A stretch of 64,000 nucleotides of DNA from an uncultured Acidimicrobiia bacterium (GTDB taxonomy: Bacteria > Acidobacteriota > Terriglobia > Versatilivoradales > Versatilivoraceae), in assembly GCA_963786955.1 (NCBI GenBank), contig CAWBAT010000005.1, forward strand, positions 1,695,375-1,759,374. The letters run 5' to 3'. Shown here one piece after another: positions 1 to 10,539 of this stretch. The notes beneath the pieces are model-generated. The model was given only the letters and a program-made list of their open reading frames with translations, had not been told where the DNA came from and searched no databases. The translations under genes and the position numbers were made by a program. The first letter of the stretch is position 1. Each line of letters begins with the position of its first letter.

Positions 1-630
1 AGTTCATGATTCGCGACTGGGTCGATTGGTGCTGGCTTTCCGGCGATCACATTGTTGAACAGCATGTCCATAACCTCGACGTAGCCCACTGGTTTCATTG
101 GAGGGACTCCCGAGAAGGCGGTTGGCATGGGGGGCCGGGCGCGACGCGTGACAGGGGATCAGTATGACTTCTTTGCGGTGGACTACACGATGGCCGATGG
201 AACCCATATTCAAAGCATGTGCCGGCAGGTGGATGGCTGTAACAACAATGTGTCTGAGTATGTCGTCGGAACGGGAGGGTCATCTAACTGCAAAGACACG
301 ATCTTTGACAAAGACGGGAAAGTCGTCTGGCAATACCAGGAACCGGTAAAGAGCCCGGGAAGTCCGCCTTCAGTCCATATGAGCAGGAGCATGTCGACCT
401 GGTTAATGCGATTCGTACGAATCAGCCGATCAACGAAGCGACCAACATAGCCAAATCTACTCTTGTTGCGATCATGGGAAGGATTGCGGCTTACACAGGG
501 CTAGAGGTCACTTGGAATCAAATGATGGAGTCAAGCTTGAGGCTGGGACCGAAGGAATACGTCATGGGTCCGGTAGACATCAAGGCCGAAGTGCCCGTTC
601 CTGGCAGCGCCAAGAATTCCAAAGGGTAGG
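1..630 (+). CDS. Gfo/Idh/MocA-family oxidoreductase, C-terminal part (5' end outside window; two frameshifts)
   Basis: Joining frames gives FMIRDWVDWCWLSGDHIVEQHVHNLDV..MGGRARRVTGDQYDFFAVDY..SMCRQ..PYEQEHVDLVNAIR..STLVAIMGRIAAYTG..TW, ending in TAG at 628-630. Confidence 0.8.
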
Positions 631-830
631 CATGAGCCACGGAAATTTCTGGATCATTCGATTTCCCGTCCTTATTTTTGGTTTTCCTGCCGGTTAAAGC
701 GGGTCAACATCGCCTGATGTGCGTCCAAAGTTTTTTTGCACCCGACTGAGAGCGGCCTTCTATGCGTGCCGATTAAGCCCCTGATAAGAACAAGCTATGG
801 CGGTCACAGACCTTCGCAGCAGGGGACGAT

Positions 831-2487
831 TCATCCCAAATCCAAAGTCAATCGTGTTACCGAAGCAGCTGGAAATCGATAGATTAATGTTTTTCCCCTA
901 CTCTGGATCACGCTCTCTTTGGGCTCTACAGCGCGGGGATTATCGAAGCTGTTGTAAGCGTGAATATCACTGGCCGTCAATGTTGTGCCCCGGCCCGACA
1001 AAACCGATGCAGAACGGATCGCGATCTCTGCTTCCCGTTCCTGGTTTGTGTCCGGGTTGACGACGGTCAGCACCAGCCGTTTCTGTTGAATTGATGCTGA
1101 CCCGGCCAATCCCCCAAAAGAGGCCGGCTTGCCCAGACGGGTGTAACTTACCTGAGGGCCGGAAAAGAGCGTGCGAACCGCCTGGTTTCCTTGATGGGCC
1201 GCATACATATCGAAGACATGGTAATTGGGTGTCAGAAGGAATCGTTCCTCATGAGCCGCGAACAGCGAATGCAGGCAGTTGATCAGTTGAGCCACATTGG
1301 CCATGGCAACCTTATCGGCATGGCGTATGAACGTGTCTAACGTTAAGGCCGCGAGCAGTGCATCACGCAGTGTCGACGTCTGGCCATACAGATGAGTGGG
1401 ATCTGCCTCACTGCCGGATTTATGCCAGGCACCCCATTCGTCCACGACCAATTTGACACGATGCTGGTGATCAATCTCGCCCATAATAGACCAGTGTTTC
1501 ATGATGAGAGTTTCCATTTGATCGGCCTCACGCAGCAGTTCGTACCAGTCTTCGACGGAAAATTTGATCGCATCCCCTTTACTGGCGACCCAGTCGGTAT
1601 TCTGCCCTTTGCCGACATTCCAGGAATAGTGGTGCATTGCCCACCCGTACAGATTGTTAATTTGATCTTTTCCTTTTTCGGTCAGTTTGAGAAAAAAACG
1701 ACGGGTCCATTCTGTATCGCCACCATTGGGCCCCGCTCCAATGATGGAGAGATCCACACCGTATCGTGGGATCCAGGCTGTAAAGCGGCGAAATTCCGTG
1801 GCGTACTCCTCAGGCGTGAAATTTCCACCACAGCCCCAGGGTTCATTCCCGATTCCCCAATAACGAACCCCAAAAGGGTTCGAAGTGCGCCTCCTTTCGC
1901 TCGCAGTTCAGAAAGAGTCGTGCTACCGGCAGGGGAATTACAGTATTCCACCCACTCGTCGAAATCTCTGGGGGTCAGACTTCGGACGTTGGCTGCCAGG
2001 TAAGGTTGCGCGCCGACCTGCCTGCAAAAACGGATAAATTCGTTTGTGCCAAACATGTTTGGATCGTATCTTTGGGGTCCAGACAATATCTTTCGGGAAG
2101 ATTGGGATCATCAGTCCAGAAGTTAGTGCGACGCGGACGTTGATTGCGTGGCCCCACGCCATCATGCCAGTTATAGCTGTCGGCAAAACATCCACCCGGC
2201 CAACGAATGACTCCTGGCTTTAGACGGCGTAAGGCGTCTACTAGTTCCTTGCGTATCCCTTCATAATTCGGAATCTTGGAATTCTCCCCGACCCACACTC
2301 CATCGTAGACCACTCCTCCGAGGTGTTCCACGAAATGTCCGAACAGATCCGGTGATACCGCTGCGACCGGTTCTCCCGCCAGAATCTCGATTCTGGAGTC
2401 GGTTGCCCGTAATGATCGGGGTCCAAACAAGACAGCACTTCCAATGACTACGTTTTTGACAAATGATCTGCGCTTCATTGTTGACAT
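831..2487 (-). CDS. Alpha-L-arabinofuranosidase, GH51, Tat signal (split over three ORFs by frameshifts)
   Basis: KRRSF Tat-like motif; FGHFVEHLG, RWPGGCFAD, FGTNEF, VVDEWGAWH, MANVAQLINCL GH51 motifs in ORFs 1975-2532, 1682-2086, 831-1757. Confidence 0.9.
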
Positions 2488-2612
2488 GTTTCGCCTCACG
2501 CCAAATCGCAGACATACAGAAACATCGGCCAACTCCTGATCCGTCCTTTGAGCGTCTGCCCCACGGGTCGGTAGAAATCACCAAAAAATTCCACTACGTC
2601 GGGGATAAAACT

Positions 2613-4652
2613 TTAAAACTGCTTCAATAGTGGAAAGACTGTGATCCGCAATTTCGCCGATCCATAGGGAATCAGAGTAAGAATCTCAACCGGTTCCAGG
2701 CTACTCGCAGGGCTCTGCGGGAGCAGTCCTGCGGACCCATTGACTTCTGCCCATTCCATGATTCGGCGTCCCTTCAGGCGTAATTGAATAGGTGCCCCTT
2801 CGGACGTGAATGGGGATAACCCGACTGGCTTTAGGTTCGTTTCAATAGAGTCTTCTGGATGATCGACGTCCAGAATTAACCCGTAATTCCACGGTGTGGT
2901 GGGATGAACTTCCCAATCTTTGGCCGGAACCGAAGCAGGTCTGCGCATACCTTTTTCAATCTTCCGCCAGTCTTCGCCTACCTTCAAAGAGAAGACCAGC
3001 GGCCCCTTTTCAACTGCTATCGAATCCCTGTACCAGCGGGAAGTTCTCGCGTGCAGTGGGAATTCTAAGACGACCTTGTCACCCTTGTTCCACTGCCGAT
3101 CAATCCTATGGAATGAACCAGGCTTGAGACCTTGCAACGGTTTCCCATTCAGAAAGACCTTTGGTTCTGAAACCCATTCGGGGATTCGTAAAGATAGCGG
3201 GAAATTCACAGGCTTTGCGGGTGTGAGCCCCAGATGGATAGTCCCGCGAAATGGATAATCGGTCTCTTCGATGATGTGAAGGCGTACGCCATCCTTTACG
3301 ATGGTATTCACTTCACAGGGGCCGTAGCTCACGGCTGCCACTCCGTCGTCCGGCGTGGCCATCCAGAGGCTGGCTAAAAACTTAGGCCAGCCTTGGTGCA
3401 TATTGGCTGTACAGCAACCGAAGTTGGGCTCGAGACCGAAAACATTGGCTTCCGGCCCATTGGTTGTCCAGTCTCGCTGCCGGATATCGCAACGGATTTG
3501 ATTGGGCTGTTGATCATATTGATGTGCCCACATGTCGCCTGAAAAAGTTGCCGGCATTGCGTTGAAGGCAATTCTCTCGAGACGGTCTCCCAACCTAGGA
3601 TCTCCTAGGAGGCCAATCAGGTGCTCCAGAGAAAACATGGATTCCACGACGCTGCAAAGCTCGTTGCCCTGTGTAGGATTAGGCCCGGCGTAGTGTTCAT
3701 CGGCACTGTGCATGCCGTGTGGAAGTAGATGATAACTGTCCAATTCCCCCAACATGCGGTAGATAGCCTCTCGATCGGAGGATTCATGTGAGACCAGCCA
3801 CCAGACCGCAGCGGTCTTCATGGCCATGGCATTGTTCACTCCGTGGGCTCGCAGAGCCAGGTCCGTCAAGCCGCCGCCGGGTCTCAGCCCAAGTTGCTCG
3901 TTACTCGTTTTGGCTACGAATTCAAAATGTTCGAACTGTTTCTTCCAGTCATACCCCTGGTCATGCAACTGTCTTGCCAGGCCAAGGAGTTGTTTGTTGC
4001 CGGTGCGGTTGTATAGCCAGAGGACGCTTAGAAGTTCATCCGCCCAGCGATAGACAGCCCACTCCTTCAAGGGGTGTTGTTGAAGCTGATTCGTTTGATA
4101 GAAGAAATATCGTTCCATTAAGGGGATGACCCTTGGATCACCCGTTGCTTCCTGATATTGCGTGAGCACCTTAAGCATGATCATGTTGGGCCACCAGTCT
4201 TGATTCTTCTCAGGACCTATAGATCCGTCAGGCCTCTGGTGGGTTAACGTCCAATTCACCCACTTATTCGCTTTGGCAATCAGCTTTGGGTCATCGAGAA
4301 GATAAGCCAAAGGCACAAGCCCATCCATGTAATACGGGCCTCGTTCCCAACTTTCACCTGTTCCTCCCAACCAGCCGTTGTCTTCCATGAGGTCAGGCCA
4401 GAACTCGTCCAAATGGCCTGTGAGCCCGGAGGCTTGGGTTTCCAGTTGGTGCCGGAGCCAGCCTCTGGGCTTCACTGAAGTCAAGGGTAATAAATAAAAA
4501 GTGGCGCCTGCCAATTCAGGCCGGTTTCTCACAACGTGCAATCGTGCTGGCACAGGAACAGTTTCCGCACTTCTCCCGTATCCGTTTTGCAGTGAAACAG
4601 CTGTGGCATTGGCGAGAAAACAAATAGCCAGAAGTTGAGCTTTTATTTTCAT
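2613..4652 (-). CDS. Beta-L-arabinofuranosidase-like glycoside hydrolase (GH127/GH146 family), secreted
   Basis: Signal peptide; GWLRHQL, WERGPY, HGVNNA, ELCSVVE, GCCTANMHQGWPK (Zn-Cys motif), ETDYPF, GPLVFSL. Confidence 0.85.
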   Translation of the reverse strand: MKIKAQLLAICFLANATAVSLQNGYGRSAETVPVPARLHVVRNRPELAGATFYLLPLTSVKPRGWLRHQLETQASGLTGHLDEFWPDLMEDNGWLGGTGESWERGPYYMDGLVPLAYLLDDPKLIAKANKWVNWTLTHQRPDGSIGPEKNQDWWPNMIMLKVLTQYQEATGDPRVIPLMERYFFYQTNQLQQHPLKEWAVYRWADELLSVLWLYNRTGNKQLLGLARQLHDQGYDWKKQFEHFEFVAKTSNEQLGLRPGGGLTDLALRAHGVNNAMAMKTAAVWWLVSHESSDREAIYRMLGELDSYHLLPHGMHSADEHYAGPNPTQGNELCSVVESMFSLEHLIGLLGDPRLGDRLERIAFNAMPATFSGDMWAHQYDQQPNQIRCDIRQRDWTTNGPEANVFGLEPNFGCCTANMHQGWPKFLASLWMATPDDGVAAVSYGPCEVNTIVKDGVRLHIIEETDYPFRGTIHLGLTPAKPVNFPLSLRIPEWVSEPKVFLNGKPLQGLKPGSFHRIDRQWNKGDKVVLEFPLHARTSRWYRDSIAVEKGPLVFSLKVGEDWRKIEKGMRRPASVPAKDWEVHPTTPWNYGLILDVDHPEDSIETNLKPVGLSPFTSEGAPIQLRLKGRRIMEWAEVNGSAGLLPQSPASSLEPVEILTLIPYGSAKLRITVFPLLKQF

Positions 4653-4730
4653 AATGAGAACCGACTCGAGAAGATCGCTGCCTGAATTGTTCCTCAGCAG
4701 TTTTTGCGCAGCACAGGATCGGGTTTCCCC

Positions 4731-6842
4731 TCACCTCAAGCGCTCGGTAAAAGCTGAGCTGCCGCCATGCAGATGGCAACTGCTCAAGTCGCATGACCGG
4801 GCTGTGCGCAGTGCCAACGCGCCACTCGGGCACGCCTCGGCGCAGCGCCGCCCCACTTCGCGAAGCCCCTCAGAGAGCGGCTTGCTGAACGGCACCGCAA
4901 CCGTTACATCGAAGCCGCGTCCGATCATGCTGACGCCGAGGGCCTCTCCGGCATTGGCCGCAATGCGCACGCAGGCGTCGCACAGGATGCACTTGCCCGG
5001 CTCATAGATGATCTCCGGGTGGGAGAGGTCCTGTGAGAACCGGCGGCGGGCGCCGGCAAAGTGGTACACATCGACGTTGTTTTGGGTTGCCAGAATGCGA
5101 ACCTTGCAGCAGTCCGCTTTGCGGCAACCGCAGGTCAGGCAACGCCGGGCCTCCCGTTGGGCGTCCGCTTCAGGCAATCCGTTCAAGACCTCGTCGAAGC
5201 TCGCCAGCCGGCGCTCGCTGTCGATCTCAGGCATGCGCACTCGCGCCGTCCTCTCGATTGCCCGGAAGATAACGGCCCGCTCGCCGTCATCGACCGGCCG
5301 CATTGCGATATCTCTCATCGCGGGTTCCCCCGTCACCCCTTCGCCTTTCAGGAACTGGTCGATCGATGCTGCGGCGATTCGTCCCGCGGCAACCGCGCGA
5401 ACGGCGAGGTCCGCTCCAAGCACCGCATCCCCACCGGCAAAGATTCCGGGCAGGTTCGTGGCCAGCGTTTTTTCATCAGCAGCGATCCCCCAACCGGTCA
5501 CCTGCAACCCTTCGTGCTCTGCAACCGAGCGTTCCACCGCTTGGCCGATGGCGGCGATCACGGTCGAGCACTCGACGTAGAACTCGGAACCATCCACTGG
5601 TACTGGCCGCCTCCGGCCCGACTCGTCCGGTTCGCCCAACTGCATCCGCTGGCAGGTCAGCAACAGCCGATGGTTCCCATTGCGTTCGAGTCGCGTCGGC
5701 ACCACCAGGAACTTGATGGAGACGCCTTCGGCTTCGGCTGCTTCGACCTCCTCCATCAAACAGGGCATCTCAGGCCTCGTCCGCCGATAGAGGATCTTCA
5801 CCGCTTGCGTATCCAGTCGAACGGCCGAGCGGGCGCAGTCCAGCGCAGTATTGCCCCCACCGACAACGATGACATCCTCGCCGAGAGACGGCGGGTTGCC
5901 CTTTGCGACCAGCTCGAGAAACTCGACCCCGGAGAGCGCGAGTTCCTCGCCCTCGCAGCGGAGTCCCTGGGCCTGTTGTGCTCCGATGGCGAGAAAAACC
6001 GCATCGTGGCTTTTCCGCAGCTCGGCTAGCGTGAAGTGCTCGCCCCAGCGCATACCCATGCGAAACTCGGCGCCAAGTTTCCGAATGACCTGGATCTCGG
6101 CATCGAGCGCATCTTTGGGCAGCCGGTACGCTGGAATGCCGTACCGCAGCATCCCGCCCGGAGCCGCCGCCGCGTCGAAGAGCGTGCAAGCATGCCCTTT
6201 CTGCCGCAGGAAATATGATGCTGACAGTCCCGCGGGACCAGCGCCGATGATGGCGACCGACTTGCCCGTTGCCGGTGCGCACAGCGGGACATAGGGATCG
6301 GCGGAGCGCCAGTCCAGATCGGCTGCGTAGCGGTGCAGAGCGCCGATCGCCAAGCCCTGGTCGAGTTGCGAACGACGGCACTCCTGCTCGCACAATCGCG
6401 GGCAGACCCGCCCCAGGGCACCGGGCAGCGCGAGCCGGTTAGTAATGACCTCCATCGAGCGCCGGTTGTCTCGCGTGGCGACCTCGTAAACGAACCCCGG
6501 AATGTCCAATCCGGCCGGACAGCGGGCCGCGCACGGGGCCACACATTCACCTGCGTGATCTGACAGCAGCAGCTCCAACGCTATTTTCCGCGCACGCCGC
6601 ACGTCTTCGCTGTCTGTTGTCGCCACCATGCCGTCGGATACGGGCAAGGCGCATGCCGGCGAGAGGGCGCGCCGGCCTTCAATTTGAACGGCGCACACAA
6701 AGCAGGATGCCACGGGTTCGAGCCCCTTTACGTGACACAGCGTCGGGATGCGAATCCCCAGCCGCTCCGCTGCCTCGAGCACGGTCGTCCCCGGTTCCAC
6801 GTGGATGCTTCGGTTATCGATGGTCAGGGCAAGCGTTCCCAC
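4731..6842 (-). CDS. Fe-S flavoprotein: N-terminal [2Fe-2S] (NuoG/HydA-like) + GltD/NfnB-like FAD/NADPH domain + C-terminal 2x[4Fe-4S] (BfuA/SfrB-like)
   Basis: IPTLCH..SCFVCAV..PAC; APCAARCP; GRVCPRLCEQEC; IIGAGPAG; VGGGNTALD; YRR; FAGGD; RCLTCGC; KCILCDAC..CAEACPSGAL. Confidence 0.85.
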   Translation of the reverse strand: MGTLALTIDNRSIHVEPGTTVLEAAERLGIRIPTLCHVKGLEPVASCFVCAVQIEGRRALSPACALPVSDGMVATTDSEDVRRARKIALELLLSDHAGECVAPCAARCPAGLDIPGFVYEVATRDNRRSMEVITNRLALPGALGRVCPRLCEQECRRSQLDQGLAIGALHRYAADLDWRSADPYVPLCAPATGKSVAIIGAGPAGLSASYFLRQKGHACTLFDAAAAPGGMLRYGIPAYRLPKDALDAEIQVIRKLGAEFRMGMRWGEHFTLAELRKSHDAVFLAIGAQQAQGLRCEGEELALSGVEFLELVAKGNPPSLGEDVIVVGGGNTALDCARSAVRLDTQAVKILYRRTRPEMPCLMEEVEAAEAEGVSIKFLVVPTRLERNGNHRLLLTCQRMQLGEPDESGRRRPVPVDGSEFYVECSTVIAAIGQAVERSVAEHEGLQVTGWGIAADEKTLATNLPGIFAGGDAVLGADLAVRAVAAGRIAAASIDQFLKGEGVTGEPAMRDIAMRPVDDGERAVIFRAIERTARVRMPEIDSERRLASFDEVLNGLPEADAQREARRCLTCGCRKADCCKVRILATQNNVDVYHFAGARRRFSQDLSHPEIIYEPGKCILCDACVRIAANAGEALGVSMIGRGFDVTVAVPFSKPLSEGLREVGRRCAEACPSGALALRTARSCDLSSCHLHGGSSAFTERLR

Positions 6843-8684
6843 CTAAATCACCTCGATGGCATTGTCCTGGCAGGCCTGGAAACACATGTCGCAACGGGTG
6901 CAGAGGTTTCCGTCGATCTCGTGCTTTTCGTACGGGCGAAACTCAATCGCGCCAACCGGGCAGACCTGGGCGCACAAGGTGCAGCCAATACAATTGTCTT
7001 TCACGCGGTATTGAATCAGGGCCGGGCAGCGTCCGGCCGGGCAGCGCTTTTCGTGCAGGTGCGCCTCGTATTCCTCGCGGAAGTACCGCAATGTTGTCGC
7101 CACCGGGTTGGGCGCTGTCTGGCCCAGCCCGCACAGGCTGCCACGGCTGACATAGTCGGCCAGCGTTTCCAGTTTTTCCAGATCGTCCCTCCGGCCGTTC
7201 CCCTCACAGAGTCGCTCGAGAATCTCAAGCATCCGTTTGGTGCCGATCCGGCAGAACGTACACTTGCCACACGACTCGGCCTGTGTGAACTTTAGGAAGA
7301 AGCGGGCCATGTCGACCATGCAGTCACGCTCATCAAGCACCACCAAACCGCCGGAGCCCATGATCACCCCCGTCTTGGCCAACGCGTCGTAATCGATTGG
7401 CGTGTCCGCCAATCGAGCCGGGATGCATCCTCCCGACGGTCCCCCGATCTGGACGGCTTTGAACGTGCGGCCGTTTTTGATGCCGCCCCCGATCTCTTCT
7501 ACAATCTCCCGGACGGTGACGCCCATCGGCACCTCGATCAGGCCGCCGTGGTTGATCTTGCCGGCCAGTGAGAAGACCTTCGTGCCCTTGCTGCTCCCGG
7601 TGCCGAGGGCGGCGAACGCTTCTGGGCCGTTGCGAAGGATCCATGGCACGCATGCCAGGGTCTCAACATTGTTGATGAGGGTTGGCTGGCCACGGAAGCC
7701 CCGCTCGGCAGGATAGGGCGGGCGCAGCCTCGGCATCCCGCGCTGGCCTTCGAGCGAGAGGATCAACGCGGTTTCTTCACCACAGACGAAAGCGCCGGCT
7801 CCCTCCCGGACTTCAAGGCGGAGCGAGAATTGCGAACCCAGAATGCGTTCGCCCAGGTAGCCTCTTTGTTCCGCCTGTTGGATCGCCGACCGGATGCGCT
7901 GTACGGCGAGGGGGTATTCCGCACGGATGTAGAAATAACCTTCCGCGGCCCCAATCGCGTGAGCTGCGATCATCAGTCCCTCGATCACGCGGTGTGGATC
8001 CGCTTCCAGCACCAGCCGGTCCATGAACGCGCCCGGATCGCCCTCATCGGCGTTGCAGATGACGTATTTGGTTTTTCCGCTCTGCGCCCGGGTGACCGAC
8101 CATTTTCGCCCCGTGGGGAACCCCGCGCCGCCGCGACCTCGAAGGCCGGAATTCGTGATCGCGGCAATCACCTTTTCCGGAGCCGATTCTTTCAGGCAGG
8201 TCGCCAGTGCCTGATATCCATCCCGGGCGATGTAATCGTCGATCTTCAGTGGATCGATCTCACCGCAGTTCTCGAGGACAATGCGCTTCTGTTTTCCGAG
8301 ATACGCCGCCGCAGCGCCCGTGCTGCGGTCGAACCGGAACTCCTCCAAGTGCGGTCGGTCGCTGTCCGGCGCGACCCATCCCGCGACCCTCTCGGCCTGC
8401 CAGCGTGCCCACGCGCGAAGCCGGAGGGGGCGGAGGTGCTTCCTAGCAATCTGACGGGCCGTCCCGGGTGTCACGTTGCCATAGAGCGTGGTGCGGCCAT
8501 CCGGCCCAACGACTTCCACCAGCGGCTCGCGATGACACATCCCGTTGCAGCCGACTGTCTTGACCACGCCATTCGCGCCGGCTTGTCGGGCCTCCTGCAT
8601 CAGGACCGCGCGAACCGGCTCACTGCCGCTGGCGACCCCGCAGGAGCCGAGACCGATCCGGATCTCGACGGCGCCCCGTCTCAT
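6843..8684 (-). CDS. NuoF/HydB/BfuB-like FMN/NADH-binding Fe-S subunit
   Basis: N-terminal SCGVASG..GCNGMC [2Fe-2S]; GRGGAGFPTG; CNADEGDPGAFMDR; GAFVCGEETAL; GGPSGG; SCGKCTFCR; HEKRCPAGRC; two C-terminal ferredoxin motifs; ATG 8684 overlaps the upstream stop (ATGA). Confidence 0.93.
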   Translation of the reverse strand: MRRGAVEIRIGLGSCGVASGSEPVRAVLMQEARQAGANGVVKTVGCNGMCHREPLVEVVGPDGRTTLYGNVTPGTARQIARKHLRPLRLRAWARWQAERVAGWVAPDSDRPHLEEFRFDRSTGAAAAYLGKQKRIVLENCGEIDPLKIDDYIARDGYQALATCLKESAPEKVIAAITNSGLRGRGGAGFPTGRKWSVTRAQSGKTKYVICNADEGDPGAFMDRLVLEADPHRVIEGLMIAAHAIGAAEGYFYIRAEYPLAVQRIRSAIQQAEQRGYLGERILGSQFSLRLEVREGAGAFVCGEETALILSLEGQRGMPRLRPPYPAERGFRGQPTLINNVETLACVPWILRNGPEAFAALGTGSSKGTKVFSLAGKINHGGLIEVPMGVTVREIVEEIGGGIKNGRTFKAVQIGGPSGGCIPARLADTPIDYDALAKTGVIMGSGGLVVLDERDCMVDMARFFLKFTQAESCGKCTFCRIGTKRMLEILERLCEGNGRRDDLEKLETLADYVSRGSLCGLGQTAPNPVATTLRYFREEYEAHLHEKRCPAGRCPALIQYRVKDNCIGCTLCAQVCPVGAIEFRPYEKHEIDGNLCTRCDMCFQACQDNAIEVI

Positions 8685-9577
8685 ACGAGCTCCTTTTGCT
8701 CGACAATGTCCAGCGCTGCGCAGGCACTCGCCGGGGTGAGGTTCCCAGCGGTATGGTCGTCGACCATGAGGACCGGCGCCAGGCTGCAGCACCCCAGGCA
8801 CGCCACCTCGTCTACGGTGAACATCCTTTCCGGATCGGTATCGGCGTCTTCCGGAATCCGAAGTTGGCGGCGCAGTTCCTCTCCGATCTGTCGTGCTCCC
8901 GACACATGACAAGCCGTCCCATGGCAGACGCGGACGATGTGTCGGCCAACCGGCGACCGGCGGAACCGTGCATAGAAAGACGAGGTCCCCGCAATCTGTG
9001 CGGGTGTCACTTCCGTCAGCTCGCAGACACGCGCAAGAGCTTCATCCGGCAGGTAGCGATAGAACGCTTGGATAGCTTGGAGAATCAGGATGGCCGATTC
9101 CTTGCTCCTGCCCTCTTTTTCTACGATTCTGTCCACGAAGGTCAGGTCGATCTCGCCCGAGGCGGAAGCGCCGGAGAAAGGCCTCGCCACTGCGGCGGGC
9201 CCTCGGGCCGGTGGCGCTTCCAGTTGGACCAGCTTGCTCATCGTGACGGGACGACGGCCATCCAGCGCGATCCGCCATTTCGAACTCGCAACGAATGCCG
9301 ACGCCGCGAGAATCAGCAGAATCGAGATCCAGCCGCTCCTTACCTTGCGCGTGCGCCGGGCTCGCGTGACGCCATCCTGTAGGGCGGCGAGCTGCGGCGC
9401 GAACGACGAGTCGTTCTGAGCCTGTTTCTGCAGGGCCACGATGCGCGCGTCATCCTTGGGCGCCCGCAGGCGGGCAGCCACGTAGTCCGCGATCAAAACC
9501 AGGACGCACACCGCTACGAAGAACCCAGCGATTTTGGCCGCGGTCAGCGCCAAAGATCTCTGCCCGTTCGTGGTCAT
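8681..9577 (-). CDS. NuoE/HydC/BfuC-like [2Fe-2S] subunit with an N-terminal two-transmembrane extension
   Basis: VCHGTACHV and CLGCCSLAPV motifs; hydrophobic segments IAGFFVAVCVLVLIADYV and GWISILLILAASAFVA; ATGA overlap at 9574-9577. Confidence 0.88.
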   Translation of the reverse strand: MTTNGQRSLALTAAKIAGFFVAVCVLVLIADYVAARLRAPKDDARIVALQKQAQNDSSFAPQLAALQDGVTRARRTRKVRSGWISILLILAASAFVASSKWRIALDGRRPVTMSKLVQLEAPPARGPAAVARPFSGASASGEIDLTFVDRIVEKEGRSKESAILILQAIQAFYRYLPDEALARVCELTEVTPAQIAGTSSFYARFRRSPVGRHIVRVCHGTACHVSGARQIGEELRRQLRIPEDADTDPERMFTVDEVACLGCCSLAPVLMVDDHTAGNLTPASACAALDIVEQKELV

Positions 9578-10539
9578 ATCGCGGCTCCAGACTTCGTCTC
9601 GCGAGGGCATGCGGCGTAGCACCGCGCACAGTAAAAGCACTCTTTACGTACAGCCCGCATCTTCTCGATCGCACCGTACGGGCAGGCTTCCGCGCACAGC
9701 CCGCAGTCCAGCTCTGTGCTCGGGGTGATGGTGACGCCGCGTTTTGCCAGTCGAGTACACCAGGAGAGCAAGCCGCCGTACGGGCACAAGTAACGGCAAT
9801 AGGGCCGCCCCACAAACATGCCCAGCACCAAAAATCCTCCGCCGATCAGCATCATGTGAGCGAAGCCTTCTCTGCGGAAGAACCCCACGAACGGGTCGAA
9901 CCGGCAAATGACGAAGTCACGTGAAATGGCAGGCTTCACAGCGAGGAGAATGGCCAGCGCAAGATAAACGTACTTCAACAAACCTAGCGCGTTGTCCAGC
10001 CGGCGCGGCACCTGAACCGGCTTCAGGACAACCAATTCCTGTATTGCGCCCAGCGGGCAGACACCTCCGCAGAAAGCGCGGCCGAAAAACAGTGCCACCA
10101 ATAACGGCAGGAAGAAGATCGCCGTGACAACAATAGGAATCGAGTATCCCGGATCGGCGAGCGCCACCGCGACGTTCTGTATGGAGCCGATCGGGCAGAT
10201 GCAGCCCTCCCGGTAGAATCCGAAATAGGCCAGGCAGGCGACCGTCAGCGCCAGCACCCACTTCCGGCTGCGCTGGGACAGAACCAGCCACACGGAGATC
10301 CCCATGGCGGCCGCCAGCAGTACGACGTCCAAGACCTGCAGCCAGTATTGCCGCGGCTGCGGCTTTTGGACCTCCGGGGTGACGTAGCCGCCCCCGATGG
10401 CTTCTGGTTGGGGGGCCGTTTCGACGGGACGCTCATAATGCATGGCCTGCCCCGGTGCCTTGCTGGCCAAGGTGAGGCCCAGCAGGACTAACGCCAGCAG
10501 TACCACTACGGAACGCCACGTTAACTTGATCGATTTCAT
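9574..10539 (-). CDS. Membrane 4Fe-4S binding protein (NapH/MauN/RdxA-like)
   Basis: Multiple hydrophobic helices; CICPIG, GRAFCGGVCPLG, RPYCRYLCPYG (CxxxCP) and C-terminal CGLCAEACP, CFYCARCYAACP. Confidence 0.88.
   Translation of the reverse strand: MKSIKLTWRSVVVLLALVLLGLTLASKAPGQAMHYERPVETAPQPEAIGGGYVTPEVQKPQPRQYWLQVLDVVLLAAAMGISVWLVLSQRSRKWVLALTVACLAYFGFYREGCICPIGSIQNVAVALADPGYSIPIVVTAIFFLPLLVALFFGRAFCGGVCPLGAIQELVVLKPVQVPRRLDNALGLLKYVYLALAILLAVKPAISRDFVICRFDPFVGFFRREGFAHMMLIGGGFLVLGMFVGRPYCRYLCPYGGLLSWCTRLAKRGVTITPSTELDCGLCAEACPYGAIEKMRAVRKECFYCARCYAACPRETKSGAAI

Noticed and set aside
4731-6842. Glutamate synthase small subunit gltD
   Set aside because: No gltB nearby, and the protein has extra N- and C-terminal Fe-S domains
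5008-8909. Long plus-strand ORFs (e.g. 5061-6029, 7830-8909; likewise 25807-27126)
   Set aside because: Antisense shadows of GC-rich genes, with no recognisable motifs
4731-9577. Respiratory complex I (nuoEFG) or [FeFe]-hydrogenase
   Set aside because: No other nuo genes and no H-cluster motifs; the large subunit has a GltD-type FAD/NADPH domain instead
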